From assembly GCA_950072105.1 (NCBI GenBank), contig CATMOE010000007.1, forward strand, positions 1-64,000: a DNA stretch of 64,000 nt, read 5' to 3'. Positions 19,759 to 30,525 of this stretch are shown here, piece after piece. The notes under the pieces are model-generated. The model ran no database searches and was not told where the DNA came from. It saw only the letters and a list, made by a program, of their open reading frames with translations. Position numbers and translations under genes: made by a program. Source of the stretch: an uncultured Dehalococcoidia bacterium (GTDB lineage Bacteria; Chloroflexota; Dehalococcoidia; Lucifugimonadales; UBA3495). How positions within the stretch are numbered: the stretch's first letter is position 1; each line of letters opens with the position of its first letter.

Positions 19759-21108
19759 TTACAGGCGAATCATCCCCACGTCGCCCTCGATGGTGATCTC
19801 GGTGCCGTAGGGCTTGGAGACGTCTTGAAGCCAACGCAGGGTTTGCTGGGCGATGGCGCTATCCGCTATGACCGGCCGGCCACGCTGGGCGATGGGACGC
19901 CCGTGGCCCATGTCGATGGGGTGTAGGACGATCTCTTTGAGATTGCCGCTTGCGTAGTTGCAGACCGCGACGACGCTCTGCCAGAAGATGGGGTCGCCGG
20001 CGAAGGCTCTGGTGCCTCCTCCGGAGCGGGTGTCCAGGTAGTCGCCGGGCGTCTGGTCGTAGCCCAGGCCGAAGCGCCGGTAGGCCTCGCTCGGAAGCCG
20101 GAGCACGCTCTCGTTCTGGAAGATAAAGTTGCCCAGGCTGTAGAATATGGGCTTGCCCTTGTAGATCTCGATGCCCCGCAGAAAGTGGGGACCGTGCCCG
20201 GCAAACATGGCGCATCCTTGGTCGATGGTCCAGCGGGCGAAGTCTTCCAAAAACGCCGGTGGCGACACCCGGGTCGTGCCGTGGAACTCGCCGGTGGTTC
20301 CGCTTTCATGGCAATGGGTCGCGTAAATCATCCAATCCGACAGCTTTTGGGCGCCCCGTATCCAGTTGCCCATCCCGGTCATGTCGTCCTGATTGGGCGA
20401 GGTCTTGACGCCGAACTCCTCGGACAGGATGAATTTCTTCTCCATGAACTCGATCTCCGTGGCGTGGTCGGTTGCTTCGCTGTGGCCCCTGAATCCAAAG
20501 GCGTTGGAGGCTTCCTCGATGTCGGCGTATCCCAACTCCTGATTGGCTTTGTGCAGGGCATCGAACACATCCCGTTCCACATGGTGCACCAGATCGTGCC
20601 GCAGGGCATTCACTCCCGGCCGGCCGGGGAAGTCCGGCCTGCCGCCGCCTGCCCTGGACTGCTCGCTGAAGGTGCTGGTCGCGGACATGATGGCCAGACG
20701 GCCTCGGGGAGAGTCAACGTACGCCGGGGCACGGGCCTCATCGATGTCGCGGCCGCCGCCGGCTTGGGGCAGGTCTACATCTTTGCAGTGCTCCAGCGTG
20801 GTAAGGAACCCTCCCTCGGAAAAGTCGAAAGAGTGGTTGTTGGCGGTGGTTACGGCGTCGATGCCCATCCACTTCAGTTCTTCCAGGTTTCGGGGGTCGG
20901 ACCTGGTGTAGGTGGCCCCGCTCCATTGCCAACTGCTTTCGTAGTCGTGGAACAGCATCTCCAGGTTGACCACCGAAACGTCGGCCGCCCTCAAGATTTC
21001 GATCAACTTGAGGAAACTGGGCTCGTTGAAAGCCTTCATCCGCCGTGTGATCATGGCGTCGCCGCCGACAGCGATGGAGATGTCTCGTTTCTCAGCGTTG
21101 TAGATCAT
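19759..21108 (-). CDS. CapA/PgsA-like metallophosphoesterase
   Basis: GGDAM, NLE, ANNHSFD, GHGPH and YSLGNF motifs; AGGAGG RBS before ATG 21108. Confidence 0.9.
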   Translation of the reverse strand: MIYNAEKRDISIAVGGDAMITRRMKAFNEPSFLKLIEILRAADVSVVNLEMLFHDYESSWQWSGATYTRSDPRNLEELKWMGIDAVTTANNHSFDFSEGGFLTTLEHCKDVDLPQAGGGRDIDEARAPAYVDSPRGRLAIMSATSTFSEQSRAGGGRPDFPGRPGVNALRHDLVHHVERDVFDALHKANQELGYADIEEASNAFGFRGHSEATDHATEIEFMEKKFILSEEFGVKTSPNQDDMTGMGNWIRGAQKLSDWMIYATHCHESGTTGEFHGTTRVSPPAFLEDFARWTIDQGCAMFAGHGPHFLRGIEIYKGKPIFYSLGNFIFQNESVLRLPSEAYRRFGLGYDQTPGDYLDTRSGGGTRAFAGDPIFWQSVVAVCNYASGNLKEIVLHPIDMGHGRPIAQRGRPVIADSAIAQQTLRWLQDVSKPYGTEITIEGDVGMIRL

Positions 21109-21367
21109 GTTGCCTCCTTTGATGGGCACGAGATGGGTGCTGGAATGCGCCTGAGACCAGCCTCAGGCGTCAGGTGGGCCGATTATACCACCGGCGTTCG
21201 GAGTTTGGGTGGGGGAATTTGGACACTTGGCTCTAAATGTATGGACGAGGTCAGGTGTGAATTTAAGTGAGAATGCCATGGAGGATGGTTTGATCGCCTG
21301 TGTTCCCGAAGCTGGCTCCATGAGCAATTTGGGCTGAATTTAAATATAATTCGAAGTAGTACAACCG

Positions 21368-21904
21368 ATGACAGAAAAAAGGAAATGTGAGATGGCTATC
21401 GACAATTGCAAATATACTTTCGCTGAATTGGCCGAAAAGAATTTCCCCCAATATATGGCCGGACTTCGCCTAAGCATCAAGCAATCTGTACCGATGTCCC
21501 AGTTTGCCGTGAAAGGTGTCGGCGTAGCTACACTATTACCGCAGTTCGATTTGCCCAGTGATTTCTCGGGCTGCTATGTACTTTTAGACGGAGGCGTTCC
21601 CAACTACGTCGGGATTTCCCGAACAGTATTTCACAGGCTCAGACAGCACGTATTAGGAACCAGCCATTACGATGCTACTTTCGCCTACCGGATCGCGTTT
21701 GATCGGCAACCCCACAAGACGACCAGGAGTGCAGCCATGGCCAACAAAGATTTTTCGGCAACATTTTTACATGCTCGAGATGACATTCGTGGAATGGACG
21801 TTGCATTCATCAAAATAAAGAACCCACTTGAGCTCCACGTGTTTGAGGCGTTTTGCGCCATGGAGCTAGACACCAAGAAATGGAATACCTTCGCAACTCA
21901 TTAG
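21368..21904 (+). CDS. GIY-YIG domain nuclease (AT-richer)
   Basis: SGCYVLL...NYVGISR...RLRQH with a downstream Glu-containing helix (LELHVFE). Confidence 0.78.
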   Translation: MTEKRKCEMAIDNCKYTFAELAEKNFPQYMAGLRLSIKQSVPMSQFAVKGVGVATLLPQFDLPSDFSGCYVLLDGGVPNYVGISRTVFHRLRQHVLGTSHYDATFAYRIAFDRQPHKTTRSAAMANKDFSATFLHARDDIRGMDVAFIKIKNPLELHVFEAFCAMELDTKKWNTFATH

Positions 21905-21926
21905 CAGGAAGCCTGGTTGAAGAGGA

Positions 21927-23573
21927 TTACCGGTGGTAAAGGCGGGCGCTTTCGGAGAAACCGGTTACCTGGGAAGAATCGCGTCCTGGGATCACTTCAA
22001 CCTTGATGGTTGTGTCGTCCACTACCTGAGCTAGGAACACGCCAAGGACTTGGCCTTCGGCATTCCTGGTGGGTTCGCGGATCCCGGTGTTGTCGATGAA
22101 TTCACGGGCCACCAGGTCGTATTTGACCAGACCGGAGGCGGCGTCGATGGTGGCGGGGTTGGGGCCGTTGCTCTTTACCCCGTAGACGGCTTGGCAAATA
22201 TAGCAGGCGTTCTGGGGGATCCCGGTTTCCGCTCCGATGGAGATTCTGATCTGCAGGGGATCGATGTGGTCGTAGGCGATGGCAAGATGGCCGTTCCAAT
22301 AGGGGCAGGGCCGGTTGCCGCAAAATCCGGATTGCTCTTTTGAGCCGCCGCCACCGTAATCGACAGTCCCTTCCATGAACCAATTGCCAACCAGGCGTCC
22401 TTTGATGTCGTAATCGATCTTTCCTCCGTAAGGAGCGGTCTTTCGAGGGTTCTTCTCCAATAGCTGGGACCTAACCGGTTCTTGGAAGTAGTCGAAGGGG
22501 TCCACGGTGTGGATCTTCCAAGCCTCTCCCTGATAGTGTTCTGGAATCAGCAACCCTTCCAAAGTGACTCTGGTGTCGTGGACGCTGAAATCTATGCCCT
22601 GAGCACCTACTTTTCCAATCACCTGACCGGCTTTGACCGGGATAGACTGGCCCCCACGCGAGGCGCTCCAGCCCTGTGAGCCCCCCTGCAACTGGCCGGT
22701 AACTTCCAGTATTTCAGGAGCAAGACCTCCCAGGTGGATAAAAATGCTGGAAACCTTGCAAGAATGCCAGATGATTACCCGGTAGTCCTCCAGGGTTCCG
22801 GTGTATCCTTCCGGCGCCGGACCGAAGGGAAAAATCCCTATATGAACAATCAAACCGTCGGCCGGCGATTTAACATCGAAAGGTGGGGCCCAAGGTTTCG
22901 ATGAGCCACCCGATCGGACCGCGCTGGCCTGCTCCTCATATTCCCGCAGCTTGTTGTGCACGAAGTAGGTGTGGTCGGTGGGGGTCACGTGGCTGCCGTG
23001 GAGCTTTCCTTGAGGAGTGATCTACCACAGGTTGTCCGGGTCCACTGGTGAAACAGAAAACTTCGCGTCCTCTCCGCTGCAATCAGCGGGAGGCAACCAC
23101 GATCTAAACCGGGGTTGTTGTTGTCCCGGCGCGGGCTCCGGAGTATTTCCCGGCGTTGGGTATTCAACCGGCGGCTGGGCTTGTCTGACCGGCGGGGTGG
23201 GTGACGGCGTTGGAAAAACTACCGGAGCAGGATGGGCCGGTGTTGGGCCCATGTCCGGTGCGGCCGTGGGGGATGGCGGGTCCTTTACCGGCGTCGCGGT
23301 GGGAATCGGGCTGATCAAGGTGGTGGGCATCGGCGTGGATGTAGCCCCGACGGTTGCAGTGGGGACCGGCGTGGCAAACATTCCGGAAGTTGGCGAAAGT
23401 CTAGGGATCGATCCCGCCGACCTTGCTTCCGGGTCTGCGGGGGGAAGTGTCGCTTGAAACTTTAGTGTCTCCGGAGTGGACCGTTGAGGGACCGGGCTGG
23501 GTGTGGCCGGGGGCTTAACGCAGGCGGCCAAAAGCAGGAATGTAAAGGCCAGTGCTAATATGCTCAGCTTCAT
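21927..23573 (-). pseudogene. Lipoprotein with a Pro/Thr-rich linker and a large periplasmic domain, in-frame TAG at 23022-23024
   Basis: LLLAAC lipobox; DPDNLW*ITPQGKLHGSHVTPTDHTY joins two track ORFs in the same frame. Confidence 0.8.
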
Positions 23574-23845
23574 GTTGGTATCAACATCATCTCGGCGGCA
23601 TTTTGGGATACCTTCAATCCCAGGCGTTACACGATCTACTGTAACGGACCGGTTTCTTATTTTATAGACCGCCGTCCGCGTTCCGATCTGGGATGACCTC
23701 GAACCACCTGTGGGAAACGGCTTCGCGGACCGAAGGTGCTGACCCTCGGTAGCAATGTGTTACCACCCTGACCGAGTTTACGGGGCTTTAATATAATCGT
23801 CTTACCAAGGCAAAAGAATAAACCTGGCCCCTGTGAGCTGAATAC

Positions 23846-24307
23846 ATGACGAAGGTTTTGGTGATCGATGACGATTCGATGGTTCGGGAGACGGTTGTCC
23901 GGCTCCTGATCTTGGAAGGCTATCAGGTAATAGAAGCGGCCTACGGACAGGCCGGTTATGCCTCCGCCATATCAGACTCGCCTAATATCATCCTGCTGGA
24001 CCTGAATATGCCCATCATGGACGGATTTGAAGTGCTGCACAAGCTTAAAGGCAATCCGGAGACCGAGCGTATCCCGGTGATAGTTCTAACCGCCAGGATC
24101 GACGCCGAGTCGGAACGCCGGTGTATGGCGGCGGGAGCAACGGACTACATCAAGAAGCCCTGGGGCCCGGCTGAGCTTCAGGAACGGATAGCAATTCTCG
24201 TCGGCGCCAAGGAGCTGGAGCGTGAAGGATACGTTACGCAAAAGGCAAAGCCGCACATCTTTAGAGATATGGTCAAACCGCCGGGATTATTTGAGCCTCC
24301 CCCTTAA
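23846..24307 (+). CDS. Single-domain response regulator (receiver only)
   Basis: VLVIDDD, LLDLNMP, LTA and IKKP motifs; no output domain. Confidence 0.92.
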   Translation: MTKVLVIDDDSMVRETVVRLLILEGYQVIEAAYGQAGYASAISDSPNIILLDLNMPIMDGFEVLHKLKGNPETERIPVIVLTARIDAESERRCMAAGATDYIKKPWGPAELQERIAILVGAKELEREGYVTQKAKPHIFRDMVKPPGLFEPPP

Positions 24308-24422
24308 CGATTCCTGGTAGCTATGATATCCACCTCTCCCCGCCGGATGATAAAATCCCCCGAGTAGATAGCCTAGAGTTGGCTTGTGATGCCTGTGCTC
24401 AAGGCCTAAAAGGGGTGGCGCA

Positions 24423-26423
24423 TTGCCGGTTACCAAACTTGAGGTCGCCAATCGTAGTCAGTTCTCCAACGGGGATTCATTCGGAGATATCGGTCCATAT
24501 GAACTCGTTGAGGGCACGGTCCATTTTGCCGTGGACCCTCTGCATCCCAGAAATCAAATCATCACCGATCTGGACCTGGCGCCCAGAGACTCGGCTGGTC
24601 AAGTTACCATGTCCGCCGACTTCTCGGTGCTAAAGCCCGCCGAACTTGGCCAAGGCAATCGCCGGCTGCTGTTCGACGTAGTGAACCGGGGCGGGAAAAC
24701 CGTCATTACTGGGTTCAACAGCGCGCCGGCGGTTACAGACCCAAAGGCGCCCTTGGAACCGGGAAACGGATTCTTGATGCGCCATGGCTACACCGTCGTC
24801 TGGGGTGGCTGGCAAGCCGATCTGCCCGATATCCCCGGATTGATCGGGTTGCAAGCGCCCCAAGCCGTCGGCCCCGGCGGTCCCTTGGCCGGAAAGATTC
24901 TCTGCCAATTTCAGTCTGATAATCCGGGGCAGACCTTTTTGCTGTCCCATCGCGGGCATCGGCCCCACCCACCCGCGGACTTGGACGACCCTTCGGCCAC
25001 CCTCACCGTGCGGGATCATCCCAACAGCCAGGCGATGCCCATCGACCGGGGAGATTGGTCCTTTGTGCGCCAAGAAGACGCCGAGGTGGGCTCCGATCCC
25101 AGCCATATCTACATGCCGTCGGGCTTTCTGCCGGGCAAGATCTACCAGTTGGTCTACACGACAAAGGGGAGCACGATCGTCGGATTGGGCCTGGCCGCGG
25201 TCCGGGAGGTGGTGTCTTTCTTGAAATACGCCGATGGCGCGGCGGGAAATCCATGCGCCGGGGACATCGACTACGCCTACGGATTCGGCCGGTCACAGAG
25301 CGGCCGCTTCCTCCGCCAGATGATTCACCTTGGGCTTAATGACGACGAAGAAGGGCGTATTGCTTTGGATGGGATCATTCCCCATGTGGGTGGCGCTATG
25401 CGGGGTGAGTTCAACCTCCGCTTCGGCCAGCCCTCCCAGGACATCTGCTTTATCTCGCCTGAGATGTTCCCTTTCACCGACACCACGCAGACCGACCCCG
25501 TCACCGGGGCCAAAGGGTCCATGCTGGAAAGATTGGAAGAACAGGGCCAAGTGCCCAAGATAATGTTCATCAACACCTCGGGGGAATACTGGCGTGGCGA
25601 TGCCGCGTTGATCCACACCGACTTGGGGACCGGCCCGGATGATATGAAAGACGCGGCGGAGTCTCCGTCAGTGCGCCGCTATCACTTCGCCGGTTGTCAG
25701 CATGGGGTCGGCGCTTTCCCTCCTTTGGAAGTTAGGACCGGTGGGGGCAGTCGGGGGCAACTTCCCTTTAACAGCGTGGATTACGCCTGCCTGCTGCGAG
25801 CCGCACTGGTTAACCTGGACCGCTGGGTGTCCGGTGGCGAACCAGCCCCGGCCAGTAGGCACCCCAGCTTGTCCGACGGTACGGCCGTGGATTCCCAATC
25901 GGTGATGGACAGATTCACCGGGTTGCCCGGCGTTAGCGTGGCCGCCAAGACGACCCACGCGCTGCGTCTGGACTACGGACCGGAAACACACGAAGGCAGG
26001 TTAACAAAGCTGCCCGCTGAGGAAGGCCAGGAATATCCTGCTCTGGTGTCGGATATTGATGAAGACTTCAACGACCGGGCCGGCATCCGCCTGCCCGATC
26101 TGACGGTTCCGGTGGCGACTTACACCGGATGGAACCTGCGCGACGCAAGTATCGGTAATCCAAGCCTGTTCATCGGGATTTCCGGGGGATTGGCGGGTTG
26201 GACCCTGCCCTTCCCAAAAACCGCTGCAGACCGGGAATCCAGCGGAGACCCTCGGCGATCCATAAGCGAACGCTACGACAGCCGGGATTCCTATCTTCAG
26301 CAGGTGGAGAACTCCGCCCAAACCTTAGTGGAAGAGGGATATCTTCTGGCCGAAGACCTGCCGAGAGTCGTGGAGCGAGCCGGAATAAAATACGACTATT
26401 TCATGGAAGAAACCCCAGCTTGA
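24423..26423 (+). CDS. Alpha/beta-hydrolase domain protein (uncharacterised ~650-aa family)
   Basis: DVVNRG, GWQAD, GRSQSGRFLR nucleophile elbow and RRSISERY motifs. Confidence 0.8.
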   Translation: MPVTKLEVANRSQFSNGDSFGDIGPYELVEGTVHFAVDPLHPRNQIITDLDLAPRDSAGQVTMSADFSVLKPAELGQGNRRLLFDVVNRGGKTVITGFNSAPAVTDPKAPLEPGNGFLMRHGYTVVWGGWQADLPDIPGLIGLQAPQAVGPGGPLAGKILCQFQSDNPGQTFLLSHRGHRPHPPADLDDPSATLTVRDHPNSQAMPIDRGDWSFVRQEDAEVGSDPSHIYMPSGFLPGKIYQLVYTTKGSTIVGLGLAAVREVVSFLKYADGAAGNPCAGDIDYAYGFGRSQSGRFLRQMIHLGLNDDEEGRIALDGIIPHVGGAMRGEFNLRFGQPSQDICFISPEMFPFTDTTQTDPVTGAKGSMLERLEEQGQVPKIMFINTSGEYWRGDAALIHTDLGTGPDDMKDAAESPSVRRYHFAGCQHGVGAFPPLEVRTGGGSRGQLPFNSVDYACLLRAALVNLDRWVSGGEPAPASRHPSLSDGTAVDSQSVMDRFTGLPGVSVAAKTTHALRLDYGPETHEGRLTKLPAEEGQEYPALVSDIDEDFNDRAGIRLPDLTVPVATYTGWNLRDASIGNPSLFIGISGGLAGWTLPFPKTAADRESSGDPRRSISERYDSRDSYLQQVENSAQTLVEEGYLLAEDLPRVVERAGIKYDYFMEETPA

Positions 26424-26477
26424 TGAGCGATCGGGTCAGCGTGGCGAAAATGAAAATATGGATGACGCGAAGGGAAA

Positions 26478-27133
26478 GTGATGTTGAAACTAGGTAGCCG
26501 CCTGACCCGTGTAATCGTCCCGGCCATGTTAGTTTTGTTGGTGGCGGCCGTCGCTTGTGAACCCGTTGACCACAGGGATCGAGCCGGGATGAGATTCGGC
26601 AATTGGTTCGGGTCGAAGTTAACTCCCAGATCGAGGCGGCCAAAGAAGAGATGTCTCAGGACTTTGGTCCGTTCAAGGGCGATATGGATTTCCAACTGAT
26701 GCAGCCGTTGAACGAGTTGCGGTTCGAGTTCGACGGCCTGAGAAACCAGGTGGAAGGAGCCGAATACGTGTCAAAGTTCGATCTGGAAAGTCTCAGGCTG
26801 GACATGCAGGAGATGGGGTCCTATATCGACACTCTGGAATTTGAATACGCGCGGCGAACGGACTTGGATGAACTGCGATTCCAGATCGACGACATAAACA
26901 ACGATATGGCGTTGAGAGACCTGGAATCCAACCAGAGTTCAGACATCGCCCATTTATGGCTCGGGATGGAAGAAACTAAGGCGACGATTGAAGACGAGCG
27001 GAACCAAACGAATCTCAATCTTGATCAACTCCGGTTGGAGATACAGAATGTCGAACGGTTCTTAAACGACTTCCAAGCCAATTTCAACTTCGAACTGGAC
27101 ACCCTGAGATTGAGGGTGGATGCGCTGCAGTAA
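26478..27133 (+). pseudogene. Coiled-coil lipoprotein with a one-base deletion near 26570
   Basis: VAAVAC lipobox; adding one C gives CEPVDPQGSSRDEIRQLVRVEVN, joining the 26603..27133 acidic coiled-coil ORF. Confidence 0.68.
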
Positions 27134-27170
27134 ATCTGGTTGGCATGACCAAATCAGATTTCACTGTGAT

Positions 27171-27199
27171 GTAGGGGCAGGTTTCAAACCTGCCCCTAC
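27171..27199. repeat. GTAG-type REP palindrome (family B) between convergent genes
   Basis: GTAGGGGCAGGTTT-C-AAACCTGCCCCTAC, perfect 14-bp arms. Confidence 0.85.
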
Positions 27200-27237
27200 G
27201 CTTGTCCGGAAAATTGCAATGCCGTTTTCCTTCGCCC

Positions 27238-27618
27238 CTAATCAGGCAATACTGCAATAGCCTCAATCTCAATCTTAATATCGGGTGTTCCCAATGCGGC
27301 AACCTGCACCTGGGTGCTGGCCGGGAAGTTGCCCTCAAAGTATTTGCGCCGGACTTCGCCGCTAGCTGGAGCTTCCCGCAGGTCGGTGACGAAACTGGTT
27401 ACCTTGACGATGTTGCTTATCGACCCGCCGTTGGCCTCTAGAATCGTCTGGAATTTTTGCAGGATGACCTCGGTTTGGGCGGCAATGTCGCCGGTTTCGG
27501 CGGCGGTCCCTCTGGCCGTGCTGCCCGCGATGAAGAGCATGTTGCCAAAGCGGACCGAATGGTGAAAGGCCCCCGCTGGTTGGGGCATGTCCGGGTAGTC
27601 GCGGCGGATGATTTCCAT
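27238..27618 (-). CDS. Rid family protein lacking the catalytic Arg
   Basis: LFIAGST, IVKVTSF, FPASTQVQV and KIEIEAIA motifs. Confidence 0.88.
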   Translation of the reverse strand: MEIIRRDYPDMPQPAGAFHHSVRFGNMLFIAGSTARGTAAETGDIAAQTEVILQKFQTILEANGGSISNIVKVTSFVTDLREAPASGEVRRKYFEGNFPASTQVQVAALGTPDIKIEIEAIAVLPD

Positions 27619-27659
27619 GGTATCCCTCCGTATTGGTCTGGCTTCTTTAGGTCGGGTCT

Positions 27660-29237
27660 TTAGGTCTGGTCTTCCTTCGTGGGAAAAATGAGAGACTTTA
27701 CCGTGACCGGAACGACCTCGGAAATGCCCATGGGCAGGCCGATATCCAAATAGTCCAAGTCACCCACGTCGATGCCGTCCACCACCACCACGTCCTGGCG
27801 CAGGTTCAGTTCCTCTTTCAGGATGCCGCCCAGCGACTTGGCCACGTCGGTGTCAAGAACTATGAACACCGGGGCATCTACGCCCTCGCCCTTGGTCACC
27901 ACGGCGGCGATGCCGTCGGCCAGCGTTTTCAGGATTCGGTAGTTGGGCGGCTCTTCAACTTCTAAGGCTAGCGCTAATCCGGGAGCAAATCCGGTCAGAT
28001 CGAACTTGGCTAACGCGCTCTGTATCGACCGCTCTACGGAATCTTGACCGTTCATGCGGGGGCGGACCACTTGCAGACCAAAGGCCGGCAGTGAGTCTAC
28101 GCCGGACAGATGACTGGTGGCGCCGCTGGCTTGTACCGTGTACTCCCCTGCTCCTATCACCGTGGCGCGGATACCCTCATCGGCTTGCCGCACCGTCCCC
28201 TCTTTGAACACCGCCTTCAAGCTATCGCCGATCTGCCGTGCAAACTTGGGGCCTAGATCGCCGTAGGAGGCTGCGTCGTGGCCGTAGATGTACTCTGACA
28301 CTCCCCCGGAAAACACCACGAAGTCCACCTCGGACGGACCTTGATAATCCTCCATGGGGTCTGTAATCAGGAATTCTTCTGTCACGCCGGTCAGGGGGAT
28401 CTTTTGGATCACCTGTGAGAGTAGTTTGGCCATGCGGGCGGCAAAGGCTTCCTTCACCGGTTCGCTGATGGACTGGCCCAGAGACAGGTCGAATCCCAGT
28501 TCGTTCAGTAAAACGATAGCCGGTTCCTCCAGCCGAGTCACCCGGTCCTCGTCGTCGAAAGCGATCAGCCGGGCACCGACACTAATGGCCGCGGTACTCG
28601 TCACCACGCCGTTACGTATCAAGCATAGCTTGGTGGTGCCCCCGCCCACGTCGATGTTCAAAACAGTGGCGCTTTCAGACTCAGATAGGGCGACCGCTCC
28701 GCAACCGTGAGCCGCCAACAGGGCCTCGTGGTTAGGTCCAGCGGAGGCGCAGATGAACTTGCCCGACTCTTTGGCGAAAAGCTCACTGATGGGGCGGGCG
28801 TTTTCCTTCTTCAGAGCCTCGCCGGTGATGATCACGGCGCCCGTATCTACGGTATCCGGGGTGAATCCGGCCTGCCGGTAAGACTCATGAACGAACTCTT
28901 GAATGTTGGCGGTGTCGATCAATGTTCCGGAGATGTAAGGCGTCAACAAGATTGGAGACCGGTACAAGACCTTCCGATCGGTCACCCGAAACCGGCTGGA
29001 AAAAGCGGACCCCTCCCTTCTCAGGATCAGTTGCGAGAAAACCAGATGCGAGGTAGACGAGCCGATGTCTATGCCCACACTGCGGATGGTGAGCATCTCC
29101 ATGCCTTCAACGTCCACGACCGGGCCCACGTCACCAAAATCGTCTAGGTCTTGGTGAGGGTCAACCGGAAAATGGTCATGGCTATGGCCGTGATCGTGAA
29201 GCCCGTCTTCGAATTCGTCGTGATCCATGGGTTGCAA
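27660..29237 (-). CDS. EutA-like ASKHA-fold ATPase (reactivating factor family) with His/Asp-rich N-terminus
   Basis: SVGIDIGSSTSH, IITGEA.KKENA, NIDVGGGTT, FSGGV, IRATVIGAG and VPVTVKSLIF motifs. Confidence 0.88.
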   Translation of the reverse strand: MQPMDHDEFEDGLHDHGHSHDHFPVDPHQDLDDFGDVGPVVDVEGMEMLTIRSVGIDIGSSTSHLVFSQLILRREGSAFSSRFRVTDRKVLYRSPILLTPYISGTLIDTANIQEFVHESYRQAGFTPDTVDTGAVIITGEALKKENARPISELFAKESGKFICASAGPNHEALLAAHGCGAVALSESESATVLNIDVGGGTTKLCLIRNGVVTSTAAISVGARLIAFDDEDRVTRLEEPAIVLLNELGFDLSLGQSISEPVKEAFAARMAKLLSQVIQKIPLTGVTEEFLITDPMEDYQGPSEVDFVVFSGGVSEYIYGHDAASYGDLGPKFARQIGDSLKAVFKEGTVRQADEGIRATVIGAGEYTVQASGATSHLSGVDSLPAFGLQVVRPRMNGQDSVERSIQSALAKFDLTGFAPGLALALEVEEPPNYRILKTLADGIAAVVTKGEGVDAPVFIVLDTDVAKSLGGILKEELNLRQDVVVVDGIDVGDLDYLDIGLPMGISEVVPVTVKSLIFPTKEDQT

Positions 29238-29289
29238 ATCTCCGATCGCCTTAGTGCCTATCCGAAATCTTAAGAGAAGAAAAGTCCAG

Positions 29290-29363
29290 GCCCTTCGACA
29301 AGCTTAGGGCGAACGGATTTCACCCGACGGCATTCCCCCGTTCGTGGTGAGCCTGTCGAACCA
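29290..29363. repeat. REP-like pair, family C (CCCTTCGACAAGCTYAGGGCGAACGG ... CCGTTCGTGGTGAGCCTGTCGAACCA)
   Basis: The same two arms recur at 55187-55251 in swapped order. Confidence 0.82.
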
Positions 29364-29379
29364 CCTCCCCTGGTGGCGC

Positions 29380-30525
29380 TTACTGGGCCGCGGTCCGGTA
29401 GTCCCACTCGTAGTCCCGGTCTTTGTAAGCTTGGTCCGGCATGAGGCTGGTCAAGCCGCGCTTGGCCAGTTCTTCCTCGAACTTCTCGCGAACCCAGGGC
29501 TCCTCATCCGCGTATTCGATCTGGTCGTTAGACAGATCTCCCACCGATTCGTCGGTATATCCGTGGAACTGGCGGGGCGGATGGAGGGCCAGGTATCGCG
29601 CCTTGGCGCCGCCGATGTTGAAGTGCTGGTGGAACCACCGGTTGGGCGGGACCAAAGCGCTGCCTTCCTGCCAGGGCACCACTATTTTTTCCTTGCCTTC
29701 CTCCCACAGGATGGTGTAGCCCTCACCCGCGGGAATAACTATGACCCGGCCGGGTCCGTGGCGATGGGCCTTCTTATAGAGTTGGGGGGCGAAGACGGAC
29801 ATATGAGAGGACATTTCCGAGCCGGGGAATTGGATGTAGACGCTGTGGCCGCCCGCTCCCCGGGATTCGTTGCTATCTAGCTGGTCCCAACTCTGCATGT
29901 CGGGGAAAAAGTTGCCCCGCCAAAGGAATCCGCGGCGCCCCCGGCGATCGGCCCGGGGCACTGCCTTGGCTTCGGAATAGAATTCTCTACCCTCTACCTC
30001 CGGGGCGTCGTAGGGGTTGTTAAAGAAGAAGGCGGGGTCCGGGATCGTGGACATGGCCAGAGGCAGGTAGTTGTAATGGAGCAACCTGACCGGGAGATCT
30101 CCCCGGGTGTTGCTGAACTGATGGAAGCGGTTGCGTTCCAGCAGGAAGATGCTGTGTTTCTGCCACTCCACCGTCTGCCGCCGGGAGTCTCCCGCTCCCC
30201 AAACGCTGGTCAGACCTCTTCCTTCGACGACGTAGACCACTTCGTCGACGGATAGTTTGAAGGGCGGCAGGGACTCTCCGGGAGGAATCTCGCTAACCCT
30301 GGCTTCGATGATTCCTTCCTGCCCCATGAGTTGGATGAAAGCAGCGTGACAACCCCGCTCCTCCCACCAGCCTAATTCCAGTGTCCTGAGGTCGGAAATG
30401 AAGAAGCCCGTGTGAATGGGAATCCCCACCGACCGCATCCAAGCGTCGTAGGTGTAGACGTTTATCCCGATGTGTGTCGTCGCTACGTCCTCGGAACTGT
30501 CTAGGGTACCCCACGTTTCAACCAT
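29380..30525 (-). CDS. Bicupin protein (gentisate dioxygenase-like fold)
   Basis: AGGAG RBS before ATG 30525; DEVVYVVEGRG..FHQFSN and YKKAHRHGPG..WFHQHFN cupin motifs. Confidence 0.85.
   Translation of the reverse strand: MVETWGTLDSSEDVATTHIGINVYTYDAWMRSVGIPIHTGFFISDLRTLELGWWEERGCHAAFIQLMGQEGIIEARVSEIPPGESLPPFKLSVDEVVYVVEGRGLTSVWGAGDSRRQTVEWQKHSIFLLERNRFHQFSNTRGDLPVRLLHYNYLPLAMSTIPDPAFFFNNPYDAPEVEGREFYSEAKAVPRADRRGRRGFLWRGNFFPDMQSWDQLDSNESRGAGGHSVYIQFPGSEMSSHMSVFAPQLYKKAHRHGPGRVIVIPAGEGYTILWEEGKEKIVVPWQEGSALVPPNRWFHQHFNIGGAKARYLALHPPRQFHGYTDESVGDLSNDQIEYADEEPWVREKFEEELAKRGLTSLMPDQAYKDRDYEWDYRTAAQ

Noticed and set aside
19759..21108. Poly-gamma-glutamate capsule locus
   Set aside because: A solitary CapA-like protein without signal anchor, capB or capC
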